This document shows, one piece after another, positions 1 to 7,915 of a stretch of DNA of 42,240 nt. The DNA is taken from assembly GCA_049997815.1 (NCBI GenBank), contig JBEKVQ010000004.1, forward strand, positions 1 to 42,240, in the 5' to 3' direction. The position numbers were made by a program, and so were the translations under genes. Below the pieces are notes generated by a model. It searched no databases, was not told the DNA's origin, and saw only the letters and a list, made by a program, of their open reading frames with translations. This DNA is from Minisyncoccia bacterium (GTDB lineage: Bacteria; Patescibacteriota; Minisyncoccia; UBA6257; GWB1-50-10). Numbering within the stretch: position 1 is the stretch's first letter; each line of letters opens with the position of its first letter.

Positions 1-371
1 TCCACCTTCTGGAGAGTGGAGGCGGGAGCGCAACCGTAGGACCACCCTCCGGGGAGGGTGGGGAGGCCCAGATTCAGACAGGTGGGAGAGGAGTCGGGAA
101 CTGATACATAGACTACGCTCGATGTTCCCAGGGAGCGGTTGTACTGGTCCGTCTGGAAGAGGGAGAGGGTCTGGTTCAATGAGGCCAGGTCCGAGAGACG
201 GGTACTGTCCCGGGCTTGTTTCAAGAGCTCGGCGGGGTTCAGGACCAAGACGACGGCTGTCGCGAGGACTCCCAGAATACCTATGACGACCAGGAGCTCT
301 ATGAGGGTGAAGGAAGCGGTGTTCCTTACCGAGAACTCAAAATTTCTTTTGCTGTTTCTTTTTCGTTCCAT
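1..371 (-). CDS. Type IV pilin-like protein (prepilin N-terminal cleavage/methylation domain), runs off the window edge; not in the ORF track
   Basis: Manual translation from ATG at 371: MERKRNSKRNFEFSVRNTAS|FTLIELLVVIGILGVLATAVVLVLNPAELLKQARDSTRLSDL... Basic leader, F1 and E5, hydrophobic helix; open to position 1; overlaps the murE 3' end by 46 nt. Confidence 0.9.
   Translation of the reverse strand, partial: MERKRNSKRNFEFSVRNTASFTLIELLVVIGILGVLATAVVLVLNPAELLKQARDSTRLSDLASLNQTLSLFQTDQYNRSLGTSSVVYVSVPDSSPTCLNLGLPTLPGGWSYGCAPASTLQKV
204..311 (-). repeat. Copy A of a 108-bp inverted repeat (pilin N-terminal coding region); partner at 42133-42240
   Basis: Manual alignment: 94/108 identical, 61/63 over the first 21 codons. 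Confidence 0.95.
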
Positions 372-1615
372 GGAATTGTTTTTCCCTTCGCGATGTGAAT
401 ACTCATCTCGCTGCCCTTCCCGGTTGCGATAACCGCGTCCCCGCTTCCCGCGAGACCGATGGCTTTTTCGAGCGCCTTCCGGCGGTCCAGAATCTTAAAA
501 ATATTCTCCGGTTTTACTTTTCTATTCTTGGTCTCATCTATTCCGTATTTTATCTGCTCCAAAATCTCATCCGGGTTTTCGTCATAGGGGTCTTCATCCG
601 TAAGAATGACTGCATCGCAATACTCCGCTGCGATTTTTCCCATTGCCGGACGCTTCCACTTGTCACGCCCACCGCCCGCCGAGCCCAGAACGCAGATGAG
701 CTTTCCGCCCGGCTTTCCGGACAGAACCTCGGGCCGCACGGCCTTATAGATCGCCTCGAGCGAATCCGGAGTGTGGGCATAATCCACGACAACCGCGAAT
801 GGCTCTTTCTGTACGAATTCAAACCGGCCCGGCACGCCCCGGAAATTCTCGAGTGCTTTTTTGATGACCAACTCCGGAATACCGAGTTTTTTCGACACCT
901 CGTAAGCTACCGCCATATTCTCCCGGTAAAAATCGCTGTTTAGGTTGGGGTTTTTGATCTGGAGACCTTCAAGTGTCATTTTAGAAAACGGATAAACCTT
1001 GTCTTCCGGCAAATTCTTGGAAAAGAATTCATAACTCTCGCTGTCCTTGTTCAAAAACGCCCGGGCGCCTGAACGCGCGGCCGCTTCCAGAAACTTGAGT
1101 TTCGCCGCCCGGTAATTTTCGAACGAGCCGTGAGCTTCGATGTGTTCCGGCGCCAAGTTCGTGAGAACGGCAATTCGCCAATTGATGAAACGGTGCCGGG
1201 AAAGCATCACACCCTGGGAGGTGACTTCGATGATTGCGTACTCGCATTTTTCTTTTGTGGCCTGGCTCAGGAAACTTTGAACAAAAAACCGCCCGGGCAT
1301 GGAGTTCCCGAAAGCGTTCTTTTCGCTCTTCTCGCCAATCTTCACTCTCAGAGAAGAGAGAAGCGCCGTCTTCTTGCCCGCCGCTTCCAGGATGGAGTTA
1401 ATGAGCTCTACGGTCGTGGTCTTTCCTTTGGTGCCGGTAACGCCGATGACTTTTATCCGCCGTCCGGGGAATCGGTAAATAACGACCCCAGCCAAACCCA
1501 GGAAAAAATGGTACGCCTTTGGTGCCCAAGAAAGGCGATAAAGCAGCTTAAACAGCGGGAATTTTTTAAAACTCTCCAATATTCCGTTCGCTTTGCTCCA
1601 AGTATCTTTTGCCAT
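326..1615 (-). CDS. murE: MurE-type Mur ligase (UDP-MurNAc-tripeptide synthetase)
   Basis: GTKGKTTT P-loop, EVTSQG, TNLAPEHIEAH, DYAHTPDSL, GKGSE motifs. Confidence 0.88.
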   Translation of the reverse strand: MAKDTWSKANGILESFKKFPLFKLLYRLSWAPKAYHFFLGLAGVVIYRFPGRRIKVIGVTGTKGKTTTVELINSILEAAGKKTALLSSLRVKIGEKSEKNAFGNSMPGRFFVQSFLSQATKEKCEYAIIEVTSQGVMLSRHRFINWRIAVLTNLAPEHIEAHGSFENYRAAKLKFLEAAARSGARAFLNKDSESYEFFSKNLPEDKVYPFSKMTLEGLQIKNPNLNSDFYRENMAVAYEVSKKLGIPELVIKKALENFRGVPGRFEFVQKEPFAVVVDYAHTPDSLEAIYKAVRPEVLSGKPGGKLICVLGSAGGGRDKWKRPAMGKIAAEYCDAVILTDEDPYDENPDEILEQIKYGIDETKNRKVKPENIFKILDRRKALEKAIGLAGSGDAVIATGKGSEMSIHIAKGKTIPWNEKETAKEILSSR

Positions 1616-1618
1616 GAC

Positions 1619-2197
1619 CTAGCGCCGCCCCAGGATCTTGAGCGCCTGACGCAAGCGGTCCTCAAGCGTTTTGAACTCCGGGGCAACTTTCGACATGATC
1701 TCCCGGACCGCAAGCCGGCTGTAACCCAAGCCAACGAGCGCTTCTTCCACTTCTTGGTTCACGTCCATCGCTTCGGTCATGCGCTTCGTTCCGCTCGGCA
1801 TTTTTATCCGGCTCTGGAGTTCCAATATTACCCGCTCGGCGGTTTTCAAGCCGACGCCCGAGGCGCGCGTCAGAATGTCCGGCCGCTTCCCTGCGATAGC
1901 CGCGATGATATTCTCGGTCGCATCTATATCCAGAATCGCAAGCGCGCTCTTCGGTCCGATGCCAGAGACGGAAATAAGAAGCTCAAAGAGCTTCAGGGCG
2001 CCTTCTTCCAAAAATCCGTAGAGTTCCAATTTATCCTCTCGGACATAGAGATGGGAAAAAAGTTTTACCTCTCCGCCAGCGGGCGCCCTTGACGCCGTCC
2101 TCGCATTCGTAAAAACCTTGAAGCCAATTCCGCCCGTTTCAACCACGATGTAGCCCTCCCCCCATTCCGTAAGTTTTCCCGACAAAGTGTGAATCAT
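1619..2197 (-). CDS. ruvA: Holliday junction branch migration protein RuvA (start reassigned to MIHTLSG at 2197)
   Basis: GYIVVETGGIGF, HLYVREDKLELYGF, LISVSGIGPKSA HhH, GVGLKTAERVILEL, EALVGLGY. Confidence 0.95.
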   Translation of the reverse strand: MIHTLSGKLTEWGEGYIVVETGGIGFKVFTNARTASRAPAGGEVKLFSHLYVREDKLELYGFLEEGALKLFELLISVSGIGPKSALAILDIDATENIIAAIAGKRPDILTRASGVGLKTAERVILELQSRIKMPSGTKRMTEAMDVNQEVEEALVGLGYSRLAVREIMSKVAPEFKTLEDRLRQALKILGRR

Positions 2198-2203
2198 ACA
2201 TCT

Positions 2204-2267
2204 ATTATAGCGCCGATCCATGAGGGTTTCATGTGGCATTGACAGAATATTATATTCATGGTACTCT
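2204..2267. promoter_or_regulatory. Divergent sigma70 promoters: minus-strand TATAAT (2204-2209) 6 nt before ruvA ATG; plus-strand TTGACA(2239-2244)-17-TACTCT(2262-2267) with extended TG
   Basis: Consensus hexamers and spacing read directly from the sequence. Confidence 0.75.
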
Positions 2268-2317
2268 TCAACCAGAAACTGCTGGAACTGAATATCAACC
2301 AATTCAAGGATACAGCC

Positions 2318-2710
2318 ATGAACACCGGACTTGATTTGCAGGTTTTGGGACCCGCCGGACTTAAAACGCTCCGGAAGGCTCCCCAAATCCAAGGTTTTTC
2401 ATATCCGCTCACACTTCTCTTCCTCAGACGGCTCAAGAAACTCCTGGAAGATAAGACACTATTTGAGAAAGAGGCAGGGATGAGGGGAGAAAAACTTCTT
2501 CTCAAACCAGAGGGATCTGCGCTGATTGCTAATCTATCACGTATGCTCTTTGGTATGGACATTTTGTCAGGTGTCATGCGTGGGTATGGTGGTGACTTCT
2601 GTTTCAATGGAGATGAACCCAGGATGAGCTTCACTGAGGTAGAGTACGTAGCTGAAGCGGCAGAAAAAATTCTTGCGTTATTCTCCTCAGAAGCACTGAA
2701 AGATGCGTAA
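2318..2710 (+). CDS. Hypothetical protein of about 130 aa (the track start at 2258 lies inside the promoter spacer)
   Basis: Open frame behind a near-consensus promoter; amphipathic helical composition; more T/A-ending codons than neighbours by eye. Confidence 0.55.
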   Translation: MNTGLDLQVLGPAGLKTLRKAPQIQGFSYPLTLLFLRRLKKLLEDKTLFEKEAGMRGEKLLLKPEGSALIANLSRMLFGMDILSGVMRGYGGDFCFNGDEPRMSFTEVEYVAEAAEKILALFSSEALKDA

Positions 2711-2726
2711 ACGAAACCAAATTAAT

Positions 2727-2926
2727 GCGCGGCACTAACCCCCGCGCCTTCCTTCTAACGAAGAGTGAAAGGGAACGAAAAGTGATTGGATTGGATTTCC
2801 TCTAACGAGGGAGTGAAAAGCCCAAACAAAACTCCGGTTGAACGGGCTCCGAACAAGGTGGGTAGTGGGAACCCCGCTTGGAACTGAAAGCTGCCTGCGG
2901 ACAGCCAAAACCCATAATACGAACTT
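2727..2926 (+). ncRNA. Candidate structured RNA or long structured 3' UTR of unknown family
   Basis: Several hairpins, two C(UAAC)G-capped stems in a 47-nt-spaced imperfect repeat, possible pseudoknot; closed by a terminator. Confidence 0.3.
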
Positions 2927-2957
2927 AGCTCCACAGAGACCCTGTGGAGCTTTTTTT
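2927..2957 (+). terminator. Rho-independent terminator
   Basis: AGCTCCACAG-AGACC-CTGTGGAGCT followed by a T-run. Confidence 0.85.
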
Positions 2958-2970
2958 CGCCTCCATCCTT

Positions 2971-2999
2971 TTGACATAAAAATCTAAAAAAGATAATAT
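2971..2999 (+). promoter_or_regulatory. rpsT promoter TTGACA-17-TAATAT
   Basis: Consensus -35 and 17-nt spacer, 12 nt before the ATG. Confidence 0.7.
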
Positions 3000-3011
3000 G
3001 AGACCACTTAA

Positions 3012-3278
3012 ATGCCAATTACCAAATCAGCCAAAAAGGCCTTCCGCCAAAGCGTCCGCCGGCGCGAGCTCAATCTGGGACGCAAGAAGAAGATGCACGA
3101 CGCCATGAAGGAATACAAAAAACTCGTGGCCTTGGGAAAGATGGACGAAGCCCAAAAGTACCTGCCCCAGGTCTTCAAAACCCTTGATAAGATGACAAAG
3201 GTGGGACTCATTAAGCGCGGAAAAGCCGACCGCTACAAGTCCCGCCTCTCCAAAAAACTGAATTCTAAGAAGCAATAA
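3012..3278 (+). CDS. rpsT: 30S ribosomal protein S20
   Basis: MPITKSAKKAFRQS...LDKMTKVGLIKRGKADRYKSRL; basic, 88 aa. Confidence 0.95.
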   Translation: MPITKSAKKAFRQSVRRRELNLGRKKKMHDAMKEYKKLVALGKMDEAQKYLPQVFKTLDKMTKVGLIKRGKADRYKSRLSKKLNSKKQ

Positions 3279-4074
3279 CGAAATCCAGAAGCGCTTCCTC
3301 GTAGTCCAAATTGCCGCCTTTTATGGCGGCATCGTAGTCCGCGAGCCGGATGAGTTCCCGCCCTCGGGCCGAATAGGCCAGGGAGTTAAAGATGTAAGCG
3401 GGCTCTTTTTTTTGCAAAAGGAGTTTTTCCAGAAGTTTTAATTTCTCCGCCCAATTCCGGGACCACATTATCTGCTTGGCGATGTCAAAGACCTCGTCAT
3501 TCGAAGCCGAGGCGATAACCCTCCTCAATTCTTCAAATTTTATCGGCTGAGCCAAGCCCAGAAGCGAAAATTTATCGAGTTCACTCACCGCAATCCAGCT
3601 TCGCTCGTTTAAGGCCGAAAGATAGCCCAGAAAGAAATCCTCGGCTTTCTTTTCGAAAACGAGTCCCCGCGCCCCCGCCTCTTTTTTTATGAATGCCTCC
3701 AGAAGCCGGCCATCCAACTCGCCGAAGAATTGGCTCTTGGCCGGGGGCTCCAGCAGAAACCCAAACGCCTTGAGCGGCTTTTTTTCGTCCGATACGAAGA
3801 TAAAAGTGTGCGGGGATTCAAGATTGGATTTCAAGACCTTCTGCCATCCCTTCTCCGAGACCTCTCCGCTGTTCCGGAGAACCAGAACCTTGGAATCAAC
3901 GAACATCGAGGGCTGGTTCAAAAAATCCCTAGCTTTCATCCAGTCATCCGGCTCTCCCGCGAGGTCGAGAACGGCCATGTCCGAGACCGGATATTTCTTT
4001 TTATACTCCGCAATGGAAGAATTCAGTTTTTGGTTCCGCCGGTACGAGTCCGGCCCGTAGAAGAAATAAATCAT
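3265..4074 (-). CDS. holA: DNA polymerase III delta subunit, short form (start reassigned to MIYFFYG at 4074)
   Basis: YFFYGPDSY start, LNQPSMF, ELDKF; adjacent to rpsT as is typical; ATGA overlap with the mutM stop. Confidence 0.8.
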   Translation of the reverse strand: MIYFFYGPDSYRRNQKLNSSIAEYKKKYPVSDMAVLDLAGEPDDWMKARDFLNQPSMFVDSKVLVLRNSGEVSEKGWQKVLKSNLESPHTFIFVSDEKKPLKAFGFLLEPPAKSQFFGELDGRLLEAFIKKEAGARGLVFEKKAEDFFLGYLSALNERSWIAVSELDKFSLLGLAQPIKFEELRRVIASASNDEVFDIAKQIMWSRNWAEKLKLLEKLLLQKKEPAYIFNSLAYSARGRELIRLADYDAAIKGGNLDYEEALLDFVIAS

Positions 4075-5027
4075 TTCAATTTTTGGCAGTGCGGGCAGAA
4101 GTGAGCCGAGCGCTGGCCGATTTTGATCCTCTTTATTTTCGTACCGCACCGGCGGCAGGCCTCATTCTCCCTATGATAGGCCTGATGCGCATTCTGGTAA
4201 AATCCGGCCCGGCCCGAGGGATCGCGATAATCGTCCACCGAGGAGCCACGCATTTTGACGGCTCTTTTTAAGACCTTCCGCAGGGCGTCGTAAAGCCCGA
4301 GCAGCTCCGTTTTCTTCAGGCCATCAACTCTTCTAAGTGGGTGGAGCTTGGCCTCCCACAAAGATTCGTCCGCATAGATATTTCCCACTCCGGAAAGAAT
4401 TTTCTGATCCAGCAGGACTTGTTTTATCTTGCCTTTCTTATTCCTGAAAAGCTCCAGGAATTTTCTGAACGTGAGCTTCGGATCTATCGGTTCCGGTCCC
4501 AGTTCTTTCAATTCCGGCAAATTCAATATCTCCTTTTCCGGGCCGAGCATGAGTTTCGCAAATCTTCGCAGATCCGAGAGCGCGAGCATCTCACCGCCCG
4601 AGAGAAAGAACATGAGCCGAATGAATCTGTTCCGGTCATTCCTAAGCGGGCCTTTCTCGTCTACGGGCACCCATTTCTGTCCCAGCCAAATTTCTTCTTG
4701 TCTCTTATCTCTTTTCTCTTGTCTCTTATTCTCCTTCCACTTCCCAACCAAAAAATGCCCGGTCATCTTTTGATGCGCGAGCATTATGTAACCGCCCGAG
4801 AGGCGGAAGAGGATGTTTTTACCCTTCCGGCCAACCGAAAGAATTTTTCGGCCGAGAACGGCTTTCCTGAAATTTTTCTCGCCTTTCATGGGTTTTCTCC
4901 CTTCGGGAGATCCACCGTAGGTGGAAAAATATTTGGGCCAGTCGGTCCAGAGGTCTTTTATGACCTTGTTTTTTACTTCTTTATTCAGATGGACGGCGGT
5001 CGTCTCCACCTCGGGCAACTCCGGCAT
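4071..5027 (-). CDS. mutM: Formamidopyrimidine-DNA glycosylase (start at MPELPEVET, 5027)
   Basis: PELPEVE catalytic N-terminus, GRKGK, LLDQKILSGVGNIYADE H2TH, C-terminal CRRC...CPHC zinc finger. Confidence 0.96.
   Translation of the reverse strand: MPELPEVETTAVHLNKEVKNKVIKDLWTDWPKYFSTYGGSPEGRKPMKGEKNFRKAVLGRKILSVGRKGKNILFRLSGGYIMLAHQKMTGHFLVGKWKENKRQEKRDKRQEEIWLGQKWVPVDEKGPLRNDRNRFIRLMFFLSGGEMLALSDLRRFAKLMLGPEKEILNLPELKELGPEPIDPKLTFRKFLELFRNKKGKIKQVLLDQKILSGVGNIYADESLWEAKLHPLRRVDGLKKTELLGLYDALRKVLKRAVKMRGSSVDDYRDPSGRAGFYQNAHQAYHRENEACRRCGTKIKRIKIGQRSAHFCPHCQKLK
4700..4727. repeat. Heptamer tandem repeat (N-TCTCTT x4) inside mutM
   Basis: g-tctctt a-tctctt t-tctctt g-tctctt; encodes KRQEKRDKRQ. 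Confidence 0.8.
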
Positions 5028-5095
5028 ATCTGTTATGTTAGCAAAAAACGCAGTGCGGCCAAACCCATTAAGGATTTGGCCGCGAAATATGCGAC

Positions 5096-5899
5096 TTACT
5101 TGATAACGAACCGATGAGCTTGAGGTCCCCAATTGGGATTGGGCCCGATGTTGACGATCGTGGGGTTGTTCCCGTTTCCCACCCAGTACATAGCACTTTG
5201 ATCGTACTGACCATAGGTGGAAATATGGACCTCGAATGACCCAAAGTCGAACGGCGCAATCTTCTTCTTGCGACTCTTCACGAGGCCGTTTTCCGTGTAG
5301 GTACTCGGATATACTTCGTACCTTGCCAGGTTTGATCCCATGGGGCCGACTTCCGTTACGGTGATCTCCGACGACGTCAGATTGACGAAGTCCACCACCG
5401 TCGAGAGTTCGCTCTGCATCGTGGGGATGTTCACCTTCCGAACCTTCTTCGGGTCCAACACGGGGTCATCCGACGAACTGTTTCTGGGACGATAACTTTC
5501 ATCCAAAAAATATATGTCGTTAACATCCAACCGATTAGTGGGGCGCCCCTTCTCGATCCGAAGAACGTCGCCTGCAAGCCCGATTAGATGCTCACGGGAC
5601 TCGTCCGAAAAGACCTTGATTTCTACCGGCATCTGGGAATAGTAAAAACCCACTCGCCAGTAGTCGAATATGATGTCACTTGGATCAATATCGAAGGACT
5701 CCCCCAATATCGATGCCCTCATGAAAAATGGGGTCGGGTTGGCCAAAACGACACTCGTCACCTGGCCGACTCCGATAAGTTCCGCGACAAGCCTCGGCGC
5801 ACCGGAGAAACGGAAGATTATTCCGTCCTCGTTCAACTGGGCCGGCAGTTCCTGAATAGCAGCAAAAAAGAAAAACAGTATGAAGAATGACTTTTTCAT
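5096..5899 (-). CDS. Hypothetical secreted beta-rich protein
   Basis: Signal peptide MKKSFFILFFFFAAIQELPAQ; AAGGA-type RBS; consensus promoter upstream. Confidence 0.7.
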   Translation of the reverse strand: MKKSFFILFFFFAAIQELPAQLNEDGIIFRFSGAPRLVAELIGVGQVTSVVLANPTPFFMRASILGESFDIDPSDIIFDYWRVGFYYSQMPVEIKVFSDESREHLIGLAGDVLRIEKGRPTNRLDVNDIYFLDESYRPRNSSSDDPVLDPKKVRKVNIPTMQSELSTVVDFVNLTSSEITVTEVGPMGSNLARYEVYPSTYTENGLVKSRKKKIAPFDFGSFEVHISTYGQYDQSAMYWVGNGNNPTIVNIGPNPNWGPQAHRFVIK

Positions 5900-5941
5900 G
5901 GTCGTTTCCTTGAACTGTGGCTGATAGTAGTTACTGGCACA

Positions 5942-5969
5942 ATTATACTATAAATATACTATTTGTCAA
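5942..5969 (-). promoter_or_regulatory. Promoter TTGACA-16-TATAAT for the 5096-5899 gene
   Basis: Both hexamers match consensus exactly. Confidence 0.85.
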
Positions 5970-5996
5970 TGTGAAGGGCCGGGAGGAGAAAAAGCG

Positions 5997-6025
5997 TTGA
6001 GTAGCCCGCCAAAAAAAGCTAGAAT
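5997..6025 (+). promoter_or_regulatory. pilB promoter TTGAGT-17-TAGAAT, 7 nt before the ATG (leaderless)
   Basis: Hexamers and spacing. Confidence 0.7.
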
Positions 6026-6032
6026 TAACCTG

Positions 6033-7703
6033 ATGTTTAAATCCCGAGATCTGGACAACCAGCTTCAAAAACAACGCCGCGAGGCGGAAGAAAAAGACGC
6101 CCAAAGGCGCGCCCAAAAGTACGACTTGGATTACCTGGACCTCGTCTCCTCCAAGGTACCCACCGAGATAAAGGCGATGGAGCTCGTGCCCGAGAAAGAT
6201 GCCAGGGCGGCTCTTCTCGCTCCCCTTCAAATCGTCCGGAAGACACTCGTGGTCGCGGCATTCGACCCGGAAGAAGAAAAAACCAAGAAGATCGTCGAGG
6301 CATTAAAAAAGAACTACACCGTGAAGGTGGTGGTCAGTTCTCTCTTCGGTCTCAATCACGCCTGGGAATATTACCAATACGTTTCATCCCAGAAAGAAAT
6401 CAGTGGAACGGTTGAGATAGACGAGGCCAAGCTCCACGAGACCCAGGCCATTATCAAAAGTCTGGACGACCTCACGAAGAGTATTCGGGATTTCAAAAGC
6501 CCGTACACTTCCCAAATACTAGAAATAATTCTGAGCGGGGCGATGGCTCTGGGCGCCTCGGATGTCCATCTGGAACCGAATGAGAAGGCCGGCGACCTGC
6601 GCCTCAGGATAGACGGCCTGCTCCATACGGTTTTCTCCGAGCTCAATCTGGTAGTCTATAAATCCATAATCACCCGCGTCAAACTTCTTTCGAATCTGAA
6701 GTTGAACATTCAGGACCAGCCGCAGGACGGGCGCTTCACGATCTCGCTCACGGACCGCGCAATAGAGATCAGAACCTCGATAATTCCCTCGGAGTATGGC
6801 GAGACCGCGGTTCTCCGAATTCTGGACCCGCTATCCTTGAAGGTGAATCTGGAGGAGCTGGGCTGGCGCGCCGACGACCTCGCTATCGTCGAAGCGGAGA
6901 TAAAGAAGCCCAACGGCCTGATATTGAACACGGGCCCGACGGGCTCTGGGAAGACGACGACCCTATACGCGTTCCTAAGGAAGGTAACCCGGCCGGAGAT
7001 AAAGATAATCACGGTCGAGGACCCCATTGAATACCACCTGCCGGGCATCTCCCAGACCCAGGTTGATGCCGAGGCCGGATATACTTTCGCTTCCGGCCTG
7101 CGCTCGATATTGAGGCAGGACCCGAACGTGATCCTCGTAGGCGAAATACGGGACAGGGAAACGGCCGAGATAGCGCTGAACGCATCCTTGACCGGCCACA
7201 TCGTTTTCTCAACACTCCACACGAACGACGCGGTGGGAGCAATACCGAGATTATTGGATCTGGGAATTCCGACCAATATTCTGGGGCCGTCGCTTAGCCT
7301 CGTGATCGGCCAGCGTCTGGTGCGCCGACTCTGCCCGAAGTGCAAGGTCAAAAAGAAGATTGACCCAAAGCTCGAAGCGAACTTAAAAAAATTGATAGCC
7401 AGTATGCCAAGCCGCGTGAATAAGGGCGACTATGCCAAGTTGGATATTTACGAAGCGAGGGGCTGCGACGCCTGCGGACATCTTGGCTACAAGGGCCGCA
7501 CATCGATATTCGAACTGCTACTGGTGGACGAGCCGATGGAGGCGGCGATCTATCAAAATCCGACCGAGATCCAGCTAAAAGACCTGGCGAAAAAACAGGG
7601 GATGGTCACGATGCAGGAAGATGGCGTACTCAAGATCGTTTCCGGCATCACAAGTTTCGAGGAAGTGGAACGGCTCACGGGCCAGATCGTCTGGGAAAAA
7701 TAA
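6033..7703 (+). CDS. pilB: Type IV pilus assembly ATPase (PilB/GspE family; start reassigned to MFKSRD at 6033)
   Basis: GPTGSGKTTT Walker A, TVEDPIEY, LRQDPNVILVGEIRD, HIVFSTLHTN, CPKC...CDAC zinc motif. Confidence 0.92.
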   Translation: MFKSRDLDNQLQKQRREAEEKDAQRRAQKYDLDYLDLVSSKVPTEIKAMELVPEKDARAALLAPLQIVRKTLVVAAFDPEEEKTKKIVEALKKNYTVKVVVSSLFGLNHAWEYYQYVSSQKEISGTVEIDEAKLHETQAIIKSLDDLTKSIRDFKSPYTSQILEIILSGAMALGASDVHLEPNEKAGDLRLRIDGLLHTVFSELNLVVYKSIITRVKLLSNLKLNIQDQPQDGRFTISLTDRAIEIRTSIIPSEYGETAVLRILDPLSLKVNLEELGWRADDLAIVEAEIKKPNGLILNTGPTGSGKTTTLYAFLRKVTRPEIKIITVEDPIEYHLPGISQTQVDAEAGYTFASGLRSILRQDPNVILVGEIRDRETAEIALNASLTGHIVFSTLHTNDAVGAIPRLLDLGIPTNILGPSLSLVIGQRLVRRLCPKCKVKKKIDPKLEANLKKLIASMPSRVNKGDYAKLDIYEARGCDACGHLGYKGRTSIFELLLVDEPMEAAIYQNPTEIQLKDLAKKQGMVTMQEDGVLKIVSGITSFEEVERLTGQIVWEK

Positions 7704-7734
7704 AGGCCCCGGCCTTTTACGACATCGCTCGGCT

Positions 7735-7881
7735 AAAACAAAAATCCCAAGGAAAGATCTGTGGGCAGGTTGCCAGATTGCAAAGGCGTTTAAGATTTTT
7801 TTGAGGAGTCACCCAGCCGAAACCAAATGATCCTGGGCTGAAAAAAACCTCGTTGCCCACAGGTCCCTCATTGGGATTATT
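7735..7881 (-). ncRNA. Candidate 6S-like long-hairpin ncRNA of about 145 nt
   Basis: Terminal stems AAUCCCAA/UUGGGAUU and GACCUGUGGGCA/UGCCCACAGAUC, inner CAGCCCAG/CUGGGUG stem, U-rich and A-rich unpaired centre, 3' U-tract, dedicated promoter, no ORF. Confidence 0.55.
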
Positions 7882-7886
7882 CGGCC

Positions 7887-7915
7887 ATCTTATCACAAAT
7901 GATTTTAAATGTCAA
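7887..7915 (-). promoter_or_regulatory. Promoter TTGACA-17-TAAGAT with extended TG, driving the ncRNA
   Basis: tgtcaa 7910-7915 and atctta 7887-7892 on the plus strand. Confidence 0.8.

Noticed and set aside
216-398. ORF-track proteins 216-398 (+) and 42001-42228 (-) share DDGCREDSQxxYDDQELYEGE
   Set aside because: They are antisense shadows of the two pilin genes; the similarity just reflects the inverted repeat.
2198-2392. Upstream extensions of ruvA, holA, mutM, pilB, kinase, M23, rpsO and the 30705 gene in the ORF track
   Set aside because: The extensions run through promoters or neighbouring genes; family N-termini and -10 boxes support the shorter starts.
2749-2926. Resemblance to cobalamin riboswitch (AGGGAA, CCCCGC), hammerhead core (CUAACGA...AAAC), RNase P CR-I (GAGGAAAUCC on minus), tmRNA or type III antitoxin repeats
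   Set aside because: Each match is partial. Required conserved elements, order or position (T-loop and CCA end, CR-V, CUGANGA, repeats upstream of a toxin) are missing.
5017-5044. dif-like half site TTATGTTA near the mutM start
   Set aside because: It is explained by the -10 TAACAT on the minus strand, has no XerC arm, and dif is not expected near oriC.
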